From: a virus
IMG/VR virus record: IMGVR_UViG_3300023179_000041
Coordinates: 42,279 to 106,278 of that record
Direction: 5' to 3' (one strand)
Length of the DNA stretch: 64,000 nt
The notes beneath the pieces are model-generated. The model was not told the origin of the DNA, did no database searches, and saw only the letters and a program-made list of their open reading frames with translations. Positions 29,764-39,519 of the stretch are shown in pieces (within the stretch, counting starts at the first letter, position 1; each line of letters opens with the position of its first letter). The position numbers were made by a program, and so were the translations under genes.

Positions 29764-30292
29764 ACTTATTGCCGATGTCGGCGAAACACTCAAGAAGGGA
29801 ATTGAATCTGTTGCCGGACGACTTGAACGCCAAGAAGAAAAAATTGATGAACAAGAACTATTTTACGCATTGGTTGAATTTGGCGAACTGAAATACCTAG
29901 TTAGGACATTGGAGACTCGCCTAAACATCATTCTCACCGAAAACATGAGACTGAGCGGAGAAAAATATTTAGAATTTAACGGCATGCTTGCAGAGCGCAA
30001 AGTAAGTTCGAGTCGCAAAAACTGGGAACACAACACCCTCATTGAGGCAGTCGTAAACAAGGCTATTTCCGGCGCTTCCGAAAGCGTCGTGGACCCCAAT
30101 ACGGGCGAGGTAGTGGACCTTGCTTCTATTTCAAAGCCCCTTATTGATGCCGTTGTCGAGAATTTGACTCGCGCAGCAGCCATTCGTGACTGGCGCGTTA
30201 CAGCGCTTCGTGCAATGATTCCTGGCCTAAATCCAGATGACTTTTGCGAAGTAGAAAAAGCAGAGCGCGTATCAATCAGGAGGAAGCAATGA
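29750..30292 (+). CDS. hypothetical protein
   Basis: coupled in operon; VDPNTGEV motif. Confidence 0.65.
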   Translation: MRMDELIADVGETLKKGIESVAGRLERQEEKIDEQELFYALVEFGELKYLVRTLETRLNIILTENMRLSGEKYLEFNGMLAERKVSSSRKNWEHNTLIEAVVNKAISGASESVVDPNTGEVVDLASISKPLIDAVVENLTRAAAIRDWRVTALRAMIPGLNPDDFCEVEKAERVSIRRKQ

Positions 30293-30552
30293 GGCCACTC
30301 GGATTGACCGTCGCCGTAGTGGTGACAACTCTTGTGATGATTGTTTTGCTGATTAATCTTGACGGCGTAATTGGAAGTAACCTGTGATTCCAACAAGAGA
30401 TGCTCCAGAAATCGTGGACGTAGCGGTAAAGCAGCATTTGCGCAAACTGACAAAGCCAACCTCAATCCATGGTATTTCTTCTGCACTCCGATACAGTCGT
30501 GAGGTCATTTCGCAGTCATTGGTCAGAATAGCAACAGAATTAGTGAGGAAAG

Positions 30553-31218
30553 ATGTCAATTAAAATCATGGACTGGGTATTCGAGAACTCCAAGGCTCAA
30601 GGCATCGAGCGATTGATTCTGCTCGTCATTGCTGACCATTGCAACAGCGAAGGCGAGCATGCATTCCCAAGAATCAGCGTGATTGCTAAGCGCGCCAATG
30701 TTTCCGAGAGAACCGTAAAACGCAAACTACAAGATTTGGTTGAACTTGGAGAACTAAAAGTTGTTAAGCGGCACGGAACGTCGAACCTATATAAAATTGT
30801 CACCAGAAAAAATAAAACTTCTTCAAACGAAATAGTTCCCATCGAGCCAAAGGTGCAAAAAAGCAAAAAGCGAGAACGCAATCCGATTTGGGACACGCTC
30901 CTTGAAGTATGTGGAGTCAACCCGAACAAAGTCAATTCAAACGAGGCATCTCGATATGGTCGAATGGTCAGGATTCTAAATGAATCTGATGCGACCCCAG
31001 AAGATATTCGCGTTCGTGCAGAAATATATAAACAAAAATTTTCCTACGCCACAATGACCCCAACGGCATTAGTGAATCGCTGGTCTGAATGTGACCCAGC
31101 AAGTCAACCGATGAACGGCTTGAACGGCGTTGTGCCGAAAGGCTGGAACGCTATTAAGGCAGCACGCGAACAGCGGCTATCTCAAGCCGTAACAGTGAAA
31201 GGTGAATTGAATGTCTGA
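30553..31218 (+). CDS. replication initiator-like wHTH protein
   Basis: RLILLVIADHCN....FP.IS.IAKRANVSERTVKRKL..L...G...SNLY; C-terminal TPTALVNRW. Confidence 0.75.
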   Translation: MSIKIMDWVFENSKAQGIERLILLVIADHCNSEGEHAFPRISVIAKRANVSERTVKRKLQDLVELGELKVVKRHGTSNLYKIVTRKNKTSSNEIVPIEPKVQKSKKRERNPIWDTLLEVCGVNPNKVNSNEASRYGRMVRILNESDATPEDIRVRAEIYKQKFSYATMTPTALVNRWSECDPASQPMNGLNGVVPKGWNAIKAAREQRLSQAVTVKGELNV

Positions 31219-31501
31219 AACTTTTTACGACCCAGAAAAAAATTACCTTGGTGTTGGGCGCAATGCGATTCCTGGTGATACATCATTCGATGACTGGATG
31301 TCATTTGGCATCGCGCGCGGTTGGTGTGGACCACCAGTCTGCTACACCCATGATGGATTTCCAATGTCAGAAGAAGAAGGTCAAGAATTTGAATCTGGCG
31401 ACCCGTGCGTACACATGATTCGACTTTACAATGATGACGAACACAAAAAAGCAATTGAGGATTCCCATTCGCCAAGCCAATGGAGAAACAGTTACACATA
31501 A
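31211..31501 (+). CDS. hypothetical protein
   Basis: GWCGPPVCYTHDG...DPCVH. Confidence 0.65.
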   Translation: MSETFYDPEKNYLGVGRNAIPGDTSFDDWMSFGIARGWCGPPVCYTHDGFPMSEEEGQEFESGDPCVHMIRLYNDDEHKKAIEDSHSPSQWRNSYT

Positions 31502-31848
31502 TGACCCCTGACCAAGCAGACGCAATAATCGCCGAACTAAATGTTTGTTTCCCCTCCAAGAACCTTGTGGTTGAAGAAGTTCGTAGGTGGGAGCAAAACC
31601 TAGAGCGATTCCATTTTGAGGATGCCAGAGCGGCGGTAAAGCGGATTGAGGATACAAGCCGCTTTTTCCCGTCTTGGGCTGAGTTTCGCGAGACCATCTG
31701 GCCACTTCATGAGCACAGGCTCTGGGTCGAAAAGGAACGTCGCGACGCCGAACGCAAGCAACTTGAGAAGCCACAAACAGAAGAAGAAAAGCAACGCATC
31801 TCCGCGATTATCTCTGAAATTATGTCTGGGCTGCGCACTCCCAAGTAA
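31501..31848 (+). CDS. helicase loader/inhibitor (G39P-like)
   Basis: MT..QA..II..L...FP...W...L....A..AV.......FFPS.AEF; next to initiator. Confidence 0.6.
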   Translation: MTPDQADAIIAELNVCFPSKNLVVEEVRRWEQNLERFHFEDARAAVKRIEDTSRFFPSWAEFRETIWPLHEHRLWVEKERRDAERKQLEKPQTEEEKQRISAIISEIMSGLRTPK

Positions 31849-31871
31849 ATACTTGTTCTATACTTGTCCGC

Positions 31872-33191
31872 ATGTCGGACAACATTCAAGTAAATACAGA
31901 GATAGTTGAAATCACCAGTCTTAAGCCATACCCAAAGAACCCGCGTCGCGGTGATGTTGAGGCAATCGCACAATCACTCAAAGTGAATGGACAGTACAAA
32001 CCAATCGTCGTGAATAAGCGCGACAACACCATTCTTGCCGGTAACCACACATGGAGAGCGGCACGAAGCCTGGGCTGGACACACATTGCAGTTTCGTTTG
32101 TCGATGTAGACGATTACGGTGCGCAAAAAATTGTTCTGGCTGACAATCGCACGTCCGATATGTCTTCCTATGACGATTCAAAACTCCTTGACCTTCTGCA
32201 ATCGTTGTCGACGCTTGATGGAACAGGATTCCAGCAGGTTGACATCGACCAACTTGAAGCACTAATTAGCGGAGACGGAGAATTTGAAGCGCCTAACCGA
32301 GATAGAACCGGCGCGGTTGGCAAGGAAATTCGTGTATGTGTTGGAAGTTACAGAATTCTTGTTGATGACGATGTTTACTCTGATTGGGCAAATGATATTG
32401 CTACAAAAGTTGGAGATGATGACAAGGTTCTAGTCGAACTCAAGAAGCGTTTACGTCTTTCAGATGTAACTCATTTACCACCAGAAAAAACAAAGCCAAA
32501 GCGACAAAAACGAAATATCGACAGGCAGCAAATGCACTCTGTGATGCTTTCTACGGAAAATGTCGACATCAATAGCGTCTTCCCATACCCGCTCAATGCA
32601 CGACAGGGCGATATCGGCCTGATTGCTGAATCTTTAAGCAAGAACGGTCAGTTCCGGCCAATTGTTGTCAACAAACGGGACAATTCAATCTTGGTTGGTA
32701 ATCACACGTGGAAGGCAGCCAAGATGTTGGGGTGGAAACAAATTGCGGCAACCTTTGTTGATTGCGATGAGGAGGAGGCAGCAAAGATTGTTCTTGTGGA
32801 CAACAAGACTGCAGACCTTGGGTCTTATGACCATGTTGAACTAGCAGAAATTCTTCAAACACTTCCAGTGTTTGACGGAACCGGATATACAGGAGATGAC
32901 TTAGACGACCTGATGCATGAGGTCGCCGGTTGGGGTATCAAAGAAAAACCAGTCAAAGAAAAGAACGATAAGCCCAGAAACGTTACGGCGATTATCGGAA
33001 AGTGGGAGTTCAAGATGGCGCCTAACTTTTATGAAGATTGGGAAGAGGCAATGTTTGTTGAGTTCGGATACTCATATGAAGAGGTTTGCGCTGGAATTGT
33101 TGGTCTTTTGGACATTCAAAACGATGCATGGGTTTCTACCCGTCAGCGACGTTCAAAGAAGGTCAGCCCGCGTAGGGCAAACGGAGAATAA
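31872..33191 (+). CDS. protein with two ParB/Srx N-terminal domains
   Basis: two copies of PYP.N.R.GD...IA.SL..NGQ..PIVVNKRDN.IL.GNHTW.AA..LGW...DN. Confidence 0.9.
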   Translation: MSDNIQVNTEIVEITSLKPYPKNPRRGDVEAIAQSLKVNGQYKPIVVNKRDNTILAGNHTWRAARSLGWTHIAVSFVDVDDYGAQKIVLADNRTSDMSSYDDSKLLDLLQSLSTLDGTGFQQVDIDQLEALISGDGEFEAPNRDRTGAVGKEIRVCVGSYRILVDDDVYSDWANDIATKVGDDDKVLVELKKRLRLSDVTHLPPEKTKPKRQKRNIDRQQMHSVMLSTENVDINSVFPYPLNARQGDIGLIAESLSKNGQFRPIVVNKRDNSILVGNHTWKAAKMLGWKQIAATFVDCDEEEAAKIVLVDNKTADLGSYDHVELAEILQTLPVFDGTGYTGDDLDDLMHEVAGWGIKEKPVKEKNDKPRNVTAIIGKWEFKMAPNFYEDWEEAMFVEFGYSYEEVCAGIVGLLDIQNDAWVSTRQRRSKKVSPRRANGE

Positions 33192-34738
33192 TGAAGCCCG
33201 TTCTTGCATCAGTAACAGACTTAAGGCCATCTGCATACAATCCGCGCAAAGCGGATGCAGAGAGGCTTGAGTTGGTTGAATTATCGCTGCGCAAGTTCGG
33301 TTGGCTATTACCTATCTACGCAGACAAGGATGGCGAGATTCTCAGTGGTCACCAGCGCCACATGGTCGCCACAAATATGGGAGCCACGATGGTCCCCGTC
33401 GTGCGTGTTCCTTCGTTCAAGATTGAGCGACGCATGGGCATCAACGTCCTTTATAACCGTGCTACGAACGACATGTACAAAACTCGTTCAACCACAGAAC
33501 TCAAAGATGACCTAATGGCAAAACTTGGAGACCTTGAGAAAATCAAGATGCTCCCAGACATCCCTGTTGATTCTCTAGAATGGTATCCAGTACTTAAGAC
33601 CAAGCCGGTTTCCACTCTTAGGCTCATACAACTGAACGGAAAATGGCCGGAACAGCACGCAGTTGCTATGGCAGCGCAGTTAAAAACTAACGGGCTTCCC
33701 CAGATGCCGGTCATCTGCACCACTGACTACAAGGTTCTCAATGGCCTTGCCAGGCTGACATACGCAGTGTCAGTAAATGAAGACTTTGTTCAGACCGTAC
33801 AGGTAGCGCCAGACATTGCCGAAGAGGTAACAGCAATGCTGAACCTTCTGACGATGGATTACAACATTCAAGAACGATATGAAGACCTGCTTCGATACAA
33901 CTCGTTTCGTCGAAAAAACCAACGGGTTCAGATTCTCACACCAACATTCTTGGAAGATTTTCTCCGCCACTTCATTAACTCTGGCAATCGTAACGGCGCC
34001 TTTGAACTCGATAACCCGCGCCATGTAGAACTATGGAAAGAGTATTACGGCACTCACGTCATTGACTTTGGTGCTGGTCTATGCGACAAGACTCAGATTC
34101 TCCGAAACATGGGAGTGGATGCAGTTGAATTTGAGCCTTTCTTCCTTGCCAAAGACAACGAAACAATCGATACGGACGCCGCTCGCGAACTTACGTCAAA
34201 ATTCCTTGCCCGCGTTGCGGACGGTACGGAGTGGGACAGTATCTTTATCGCTTCGGTATTCAACAGCATCCCATTCCTGCAAGACCGCAAACACGTGATT
34301 GCCATTGTCGCTTCCTTGTCGTCCCCACATACAAAACTCCACACAGCCGCTATATGCACGGAATCAGACCGTTGGTTCAATCACACTCGCGGAGATTTAA
34401 AGAAGGGACACGACACGTCAAGCAACGGATTTGCCCTTGATTACGAGCCACGCATCATCATCTCCGATATCGCTCTAAAGCCAAAGGTCCAGAAGTACCA
34501 TACCGAAACCGAGTTCAGCGAACTCATTAGGCACGGCTACCGGCATGTAGATACGTTCTTGACCGCCAAAAACGGGCTTGTTCAAGCCGTTGGTTCCAAT
34601 GCCCGACAAATTGGGGTCGACGAACTACGTGTTGCAATTGAGTTTGAGTTCAATGTCCCACATCCAGAAGGCCGTCGTCTTGGAATGGTGGAGGAAGCAA
34701 AAGCGGCGTTTTCCAAGAGGCTTGGGATTCAATTATGA
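33191..34738 (+). CDS. ParB-N domain fused to class I SAM-dependent methyltransferase-like domain
   Basis: YNPRK...ILSGHQR; VIDFGAG; DSIFIASVFNSIPF. Confidence 0.75.
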   Translation: MKPVLASVTDLRPSAYNPRKADAERLELVELSLRKFGWLLPIYADKDGEILSGHQRHMVATNMGATMVPVVRVPSFKIERRMGINVLYNRATNDMYKTRSTTELKDDLMAKLGDLEKIKMLPDIPVDSLEWYPVLKTKPVSTLRLIQLNGKWPEQHAVAMAAQLKTNGLPQMPVICTTDYKVLNGLARLTYAVSVNEDFVQTVQVAPDIAEEVTAMLNLLTMDYNIQERYEDLLRYNSFRRKNQRVQILTPTFLEDFLRHFINSGNRNGAFELDNPRHVELWKEYYGTHVIDFGAGLCDKTQILRNMGVDAVEFEPFFLAKDNETIDTDAARELTSKFLARVADGTEWDSIFIASVFNSIPFLQDRKHVIAIVASLSSPHTKLHTAAICTESDRWFNHTRGDLKKGHDTSSNGFALDYEPRIIISDIALKPKVQKYHTETEFSELIRHGYRHVDTFLTAKNGLVQAVGSNARQIGVDELRVAIEFEFNVPHPEGRRLGMVEEAKAAFSKRLGIQL

Positions 34739-35454
34739 GGGACAAAGACAACTACAAACCAAGTGGCAAATGGACATTTGATGAGGGTGTCACGAAGGTA
34801 TTTGAAGACATGATTTCCAGGTCAATTCCTGGATATCAAACAATGCGCGATTCTGTCGTCCGAGTGGCTACGCCAATTTTGTGCGCCGCAAACGTATCAA
34901 ACTTTTTGGATGTTGGCTGCAGCCGTGGTGAAACTATCTATCAAATCCTTAACGCTCTTCCTACTGACATCCCCGCGACTGCTGTTGGTGTCGACTCCAG
35001 CCAGCCCATGATTGATGCTGCTGCTGAACTTTTTGGGAACTTTGACAATGTTCGATTTGTTTGTGCGGATGTCAGCGATATCGAGATAAGGCCCTTCGAA
35101 TATTCGCTTATTACGTCGGTACTCACCGCGCAATTCATTCCTCTTGATGTCCGCCAAAATTTCTATCAACAGGTGCATAATGGTTTGTCCTTAAATGGGG
35201 CGTTTATTATCGTCGAAAAGATACTTGGCGAGACTCCACTTTGTCAGGATTTGCTGGTTGACATTTATCACACTTTTAAAGCCGACAACGGTTATACGCA
35301 CGAACAGATAGAAGAGAAGCGGAAGTCACTTCAGGGAGTTTTGGTTCCGCTTCGTGGTTCGGAAAATGAAAAAATGCTCAAAGATGCCGGCTTTATAAAT
35401 GTTCAGCGTTTCTGGCAATGCCTGAACTTTGCTGGTTGGGTGGCATTCAAATGA
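34735..35454 (+). CDS. cmoA: CmoA-like carboxy-SAM synthase / methyltransferase
   Basis: WTFDEGVTKVFEDMISRSIPGY, DVGCSRG, FKADNGYTHEQIEEKRKSL, FWQCLNF. Confidence 0.8.
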   Translation: MRDKDNYKPSGKWTFDEGVTKVFEDMISRSIPGYQTMRDSVVRVATPILCAANVSNFLDVGCSRGETIYQILNALPTDIPATAVGVDSSQPMIDAAAELFGNFDNVRFVCADVSDIEIRPFEYSLITSVLTAQFIPLDVRQNFYQQVHNGLSLNGAFIIVEKILGETPLCQDLLVDIYHTFKADNGYTHEQIEEKRKSLQGVLVPLRGSENEKMLKDAGFINVQRFWQCLNFAGWVAFK

Positions 35455-35831
35455 AAAAGCAGGACAAGAAAGTCCATGTTCTTGAAGTTTGGGGCGAAAT
35501 GTGGACCTCCAATAAAGAACGAACACTCCATCATTTCACGCGCGCCAAGAAGGTCAAGGAGTGGCGTGAAGCAGCATGTGTGTCTGCCATTGCCCGCAAG
35601 ATTCCCAAGATGAAAGCAATCGAGGTCCGCTTCATCCCCCATCGGGTGAACAAACGGGGCCTAGCAGATACTGGTGGGCACTTCCCGGTAGCAAAGGCCA
35701 TGATTGACGGTTTGGTTGACGCCGGCATCCTTACTGGCGATGGACCGGATACTGTGCGTAGACTTATATTCGAAGCACCGATTATTTCTGGCGAAAGCAA
35801 AGCAGTAATCGAAATCACCGAGTTGGAGTAG
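35451..35831 (+). CDS. RusA-like Holliday junction resolvase
   Basis: TSN...K.WR; D.G....KAMIDGLVDAGILTGD. Confidence 0.65.
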   Translation: MKKQDKKVHVLEVWGEMWTSNKERTLHHFTRAKKVKEWREAACVSAIARKIPKMKAIEVRFIPHRVNKRGLADTGGHFPVAKAMIDGLVDAGILTGDGPDTVRRLIFEAPIISGESKAVIEITELE

Positions 35832-35834
35832 GAC

Positions 35835-36119
35835 ATGATTGAAGGAAAACTAAAAGAGGTTACAAAGATTTCTGACCCAGTCGAACGCGCGCGTATTCTT
35901 CATTTTGAATTACTCCCAGCAGTTGCAGAAATTCGCCGCAGCATCATTGAGCAGCGCGCTCTTGCAATCAAAGAGTCGTGTGAGTTTGGTGGACCTGACG
36001 CAGAAGGACTTTCCTATTCGGCAATGGCTGGCGAACTGACAGTTTCCAAGCCGCTAATCCAGCAAATGGTGGCGTTGGCTCGCAAAATTGTTGCTGGTGG
36101 TCGGGCTCCCCTCGAATGA
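35835..36119 (+). CDS. HTH protein
   Basis: GLSYSAMAGELTVSKPLIQQM. Confidence 0.55.
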   Translation: MIEGKLKEVTKISDPVERARILHFELLPAVAEIRRSIIEQRALAIKESCEFGGPDAEGLSYSAMAGELTVSKPLIQQMVALARKIVAGGRAPLE

Positions 36120-36322
36120 CATTGTTTTGGCTGATTGTTGCTGTCTTTGGGTGGCTCGGCGCTATTTTATTGTGCGTCTTACTTGGTTTTATTTTAGTTG
36201 TTCTTGGTGGCCTTCAATCTGAATATCAAGAACTAGAAAAAAAATACACTTTGCTCTTGGAACAAAAAAAGTCTGGCAGTAGCATGTGGGCCTTGCGAAA
36301 GGAAGTCCCATTCGGTGATTGA
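36116..36322 (+). CDS. small membrane protein
   Basis: N-terminal TM; ATGA overlap. Confidence 0.55.
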   Translation: MTLFWLIVAVFGWLGAILLCVLLGFILVVLGGLQSEYQELEKKYTLLLEQKKSGSSMWALRKEVPFGD

Positions 36323-36593
36323 ACCCAATCCATATCGGCGTCAAAACCGATTTTACAAAGCAGTAAAAATTGTTGACCGAATAGAACAACTCGGTCTTGC
36401 ATTATTCAATGTAAAAAATATGTCAATAAAGTATCGAGCGAAGATTTCCAACGAAGCAGGATTCCCGGCCCCGTCTGAAGAAACTTGGGATAACGTCATC
36501 GATTTGTATTCAAAGAGGGTGGTATCCCCTTTAGTTCTGAAGGCGGCAGCGCGAAATACTGGCAGCGCATGTACGCCTCTGCGGTCGTACTAA
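36315..36593 (+). CDS. hypothetical protein
   Basis: coupled ORF; PSEETW motif. Confidence 0.55.
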   Translation: MIEPNPYRRQNRFYKAVKIVDRIEQLGLALFNVKNMSIKYRAKISNEAGFPAPSEETWDNVIDLYSKRVVSPLVLKAAARNTGSACTPLRSY

Positions 36594-36820
36594 CGCAAAC
36601 ACTCCAGCGTCACGCACTCGACCCCAGCGAGTGCCAGATGTTGAGAAGTCAAGAAATCCATCATCTCTGCACGTCAAGCGGAATCTTCACCGAAGAAGAA
36701 GATGTCGTATTCAAAATTTCTGTTTTGATGTTGGAAGAACGACATGGCTGGTCGTATGGTGGTGGCGAACAACTCCACAAAAAGAAAGAAGAAGAACAAT
36801 GGTCACACAAAACCGATTGA
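36569..36820 (+). CDS. hypothetical protein
   Basis: fills gap in operon. Confidence 0.4.
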   Translation: MYASAVVLTQTLQRHALDPSECQMLRSQEIHHLCTSSGIFTEEEDVVFKISVLMLEERHGWSYGGGEQLHKKKEEEQWSHKTD

Positions 36821-37353
36821 GAGAAAATGGCGCCTTTAGCCCGGACCCAAAAGTTCGTGTCCATGTCCCACAGGACGTGTTTCTTCAGAACAACAAATAT
36901 TTGTTGGATGAAAAGATTGATACGCCGCGTGGCGGCGCTTGTCAAGGCCAAGACACTTCGATTTTCTTCCCACTACATGCAGACGGTCGCTACACAAAAA
37001 AGCAGTTGACAGATAGACAAACCGCTATATCGCTTTGCCGGTCCTGCGATATCAGACAAAAGTGTTTGATGTATTCACTGGAGTACGAGCCACAAGGAAT
37101 TTGGGGTGGATTCCCGGAACAAGCCAGAGCCCTACTCGGGAAGTTCTGGGGTATTGAAAACAAGAGAACTTGGAAGGTCAGAGCCTCCTTCTTGAGGTAT
37201 AGAAAGATTGTCGACTATATTGTCAATTCGGAAGACATTGCGTTTCTCAAGAAAGTAGCCCATGACCACAATCTTGCACAACCACCTTTTGATGAACGGT
37301 CAGGCCTATCAGCCGCCGCGCGACGTCGAATCAGTCAAGGAGTGGCTAACTAA
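36799..37353 (+). CDS. whiB: WhiB-family Fe-S transcription factor
   Basis: GAC...FFP...CRSCDIRQKC...GIWGG. Confidence 0.85.
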   Translation: MVTQNRLRENGAFSPDPKVRVHVPQDVFLQNNKYLLDEKIDTPRGGACQGQDTSIFFPLHADGRYTKKQLTDRQTAISLCRSCDIRQKCLMYSLEYEPQGIWGGFPEQARALLGKFWGIENKRTWKVRASFLRYRKIVDYIVNSEDIAFLKKVAHDHNLAQPPFDERSGLSAAARRRISQGVAN

Positions 37354-37651
37354 GTTAGTTGCCGACATCGGCATGAAGATTGTTACTGGTCCTCATGCTT
37401 ACTATGTCGAGAGTGAAGGAAATCGCGGAATCACTGCGTGTGTATGTATTGAGACTTCGCACATCGCCTTCCACGTCTGGGATGAGGCAGTTCCCGCGCG
37501 CGTGCAGTTTGACCTTTACACATGCTCAACCCTCCCCACACAAGCAGTTCTAGAAGCGTGCGAAAAGTATTTCGACTTGGTGGATTATCAGTATGTTGTC
37601 CTTAACCGCGAAGATGGTTTTGTCATTGAGAAAACAGGTCAGCGCATTTAG
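37262..37651 (+). CDS. speD: S-adenosylmethionine decarboxylase proenzyme
   Basis: GITACVCIETSHIAFHVW...FDLYTC (self-cleavage SH motif). Confidence 0.85.
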   Translation: MTTILHNHLLMNGQAYQPPRDVESVKEWLTKLVADIGMKIVTGPHAYYVESEGNRGITACVCIETSHIAFHVWDEAVPARVQFDLYTCSTLPTQAVLEACEKYFDLVDYQYVVLNREDGFVIEKTGQRI

Positions 37652-37653
37652 TC

Positions 37654-37869
37654 ATGGGCGCAAAGAATAAGAAGGTCGCCCGTGGCTCGCAACAGCGAAT
37701 CCGCCACAACTATCTGACCGGCAAGGATGAAACCATTCCTGGAACCAAAGCAGGTAGGAAGAGACAGCGACTTTCTTTGGGTGACCCACTACGCACACAT
37801 GACCTTCACGGCCCGGTCGGCAAGAAGAAGAAGCCCAAAAAGTCGGAGCGACAAAACCAAGAAGATTAA
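37654..37869 (+). CDS. small basic protein
   Basis: Lys/Arg-rich, 71 aa. Confidence 0.55.
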   Translation: MGAKNKKVARGSQQRIRHNYLTGKDETIPGTKAGRKRQRLSLGDPLRTHDLHGPVGKKKKPKKSERQNQED

Positions 37870-37887
37870 GTTGGGAATTGATACCAA

Positions 37888-38460
37888 CTAGCGGTACGGC
37901 TCTCCATGTGCCCACGTAGTCAAGGAATACCTAACCCCCGACTCTACGGGTAGGACCTGATGAAGGGTCCACGAAGGCCACACGGTGGCGTACCCCTGAA
38001 CAGCGGAGATTGATTCCTCTTCCGGCCCCGCATATAAAACAACCCTCCCGCCTTTGTAGTTGTAGTGGGAGGACAGTTGGACGGTCATGGACAACTTCCG
38101 CTCCCGCGCCGCCCCGTATGACCAATCGGTATGACGCCCGTATCCATCCCCGACCTGATACTCCAGAACTCGGATGGACGGGATATCGGTATAGGACAGT
38201 TGCCACGGATTACCCCTGGCGAACCCCTCGTAGACGCGCTGAGAGAGGCTAGAAGCGTCGTTAAAGGTTAAACCATGTGGGTCTATCAAATATTCTTTAC
38301 AACGCCTTAAATCGCTTCCTGACGCTTGTGGGGAGTGGTGGACGAGGCCAGGTTGGGAATATCCCGATGAGATGGCGTAGTCAACGACCATTTGGGCTTC
38401 CTGCGGCGTGAACATCTGAAATTCATAATGAGTCCCCTTATTCAGCCCCTTGTTTTTCAT
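37888..38460 (-). CDS. 2OG-Fe(II) oxygenase (PKHD-type)
   Basis: HTD, RKLSMTVQLS...Y.GG, WPSWTLHQVLPV.SG.RYSL. Confidence 0.9.
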   Translation of the reverse strand: MKNKGLNKGTHYEFQMFTPQEAQMVVDYAISSGYSQPGLVHHSPQASGSDLRRCKEYLIDPHGLTFNDASSLSQRVYEGFARGNPWQLSYTDIPSIRVLEYQVGDGYGRHTDWSYGAARERKLSMTVQLSSHYNYKGGRVVLYAGPEEESISAVQGYATVWPSWTLHQVLPVESGVRYSLTTWAHGEPYR

Positions 38461-38526
38461 ACATTCTCCCTATACTCGCGGTACTATCACAACGATACAC
38501 AACCGATAACACTAAGGTCTTGGACT

Positions 38527-39081
38527 ATGCCCCTTCAAAAAACCCACTACCCAGATTGGCTGAAGGATTACGTAAAAAAACTGCAGAGCGAGATGAAACT
38601 TGCTCATTGGCAGATTGAGTTTGAAAAGCACTACTGCGGAGAAGCAGCCTTCGCTGAAATCTCCGTCCTGCCAGCACAACACTCCGCAACGCTATCTCTG
38701 TGTCGAGGTTGGCGCAAGTGGTCACCAAGTTTGATGCGAAGCACCATCACTCACGAACTCATGCACTGCCATCTAAACGCAATAAACGAAATTGCGGAAG
38801 AACACTTGGAAGAGTTGTCCCCCAAGACGTATGAAGCACGCAAGAAGGGAATTGATTATGTCAATGAGAGGGTAACGGATGCCCTGGCAGAGATGATTTC
38901 CCCACACTTGACTTTGCCAAAAGTGCCAGTGGTCCGCAAGTCGCACACACTATCGCATACACTATCATACTCTCGCACACGAAGTAGTGCAAAATCGGGT
39001 AAGTCAAACGGGAAGAAAGTACAGAAGTCCGGTAAAAAGAATGTAAGGAAGAGGCCCGCTAAGCCGAAGAAACGAAATTAA
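38527..39081 (+). CDS. HExxH metallopeptidase-like protein with basic tail
   Basis: ITHELMHCH...E. Confidence 0.7.
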   Translation: MPLQKTHYPDWLKDYVKKLQSEMKLAHWQIEFEKHYCGEAAFAEISVLPAQHSATLSLCRGWRKWSPSLMRSTITHELMHCHLNAINEIAEEHLEELSPKTYEARKKGIDYVNERVTDALAEMISPHLTLPKVPVVRKSHTLSHTLSYSRTRSSAKSGKSNGKKVQKSGKKNVRKRPAKPKKRN

Positions 39082-39192
39082 GTAAAACAAGTTGGCCGAA
39101 AACCTAAAAAATCGACACGTGTGTGCGCGATAATTTTTTCAAGAAACGGCACCGGATTAAACCCATCACGGCTGGAACACCATTTTTTGCGA

Positions 39193-39519
39193 CTAATCTC
39201 GCGCTAAATCCCGTCTTCGCAGCGTCTCATTTGAAACTTGTGCGTCCTTTATGAATTTAGTTTTCTCGTAAGCCATCAATGCAGCAATTCCACGTTCAGT
39301 AATCACAACATTCTTCCCCACTCGCATACACCAGCCGTTTTCCAAGTATCGACGAATGATTAACAGGGCCTGTGAGCGTGTTGGGACGTTCTTGGACTTC
39401 GCATTCGCTCCTTCGTGTGGAGAGACGAAGTCAATGTAGACGTCAGCGTTGAATTCCTTGCCGATGCGCGTGTAAAAGCGCATGATGTTGAGCATGTTCC
39501 ATTTGTGATTTGTTGCCAT
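39193..39519 (-). CDS. winged-helix-like protein
   Basis: RYLENGW...VITERG. Confidence 0.45.
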   Translation of the reverse strand: MATNHKWNMLNIMRFYTRIGKEFNADVYIDFVSPHEGANAKSKNVPTRSQALLIIRRYLENGWCMRVGKNVVITERGIAALMAYEKTKFIKDAQVSNETLRRRDLARD

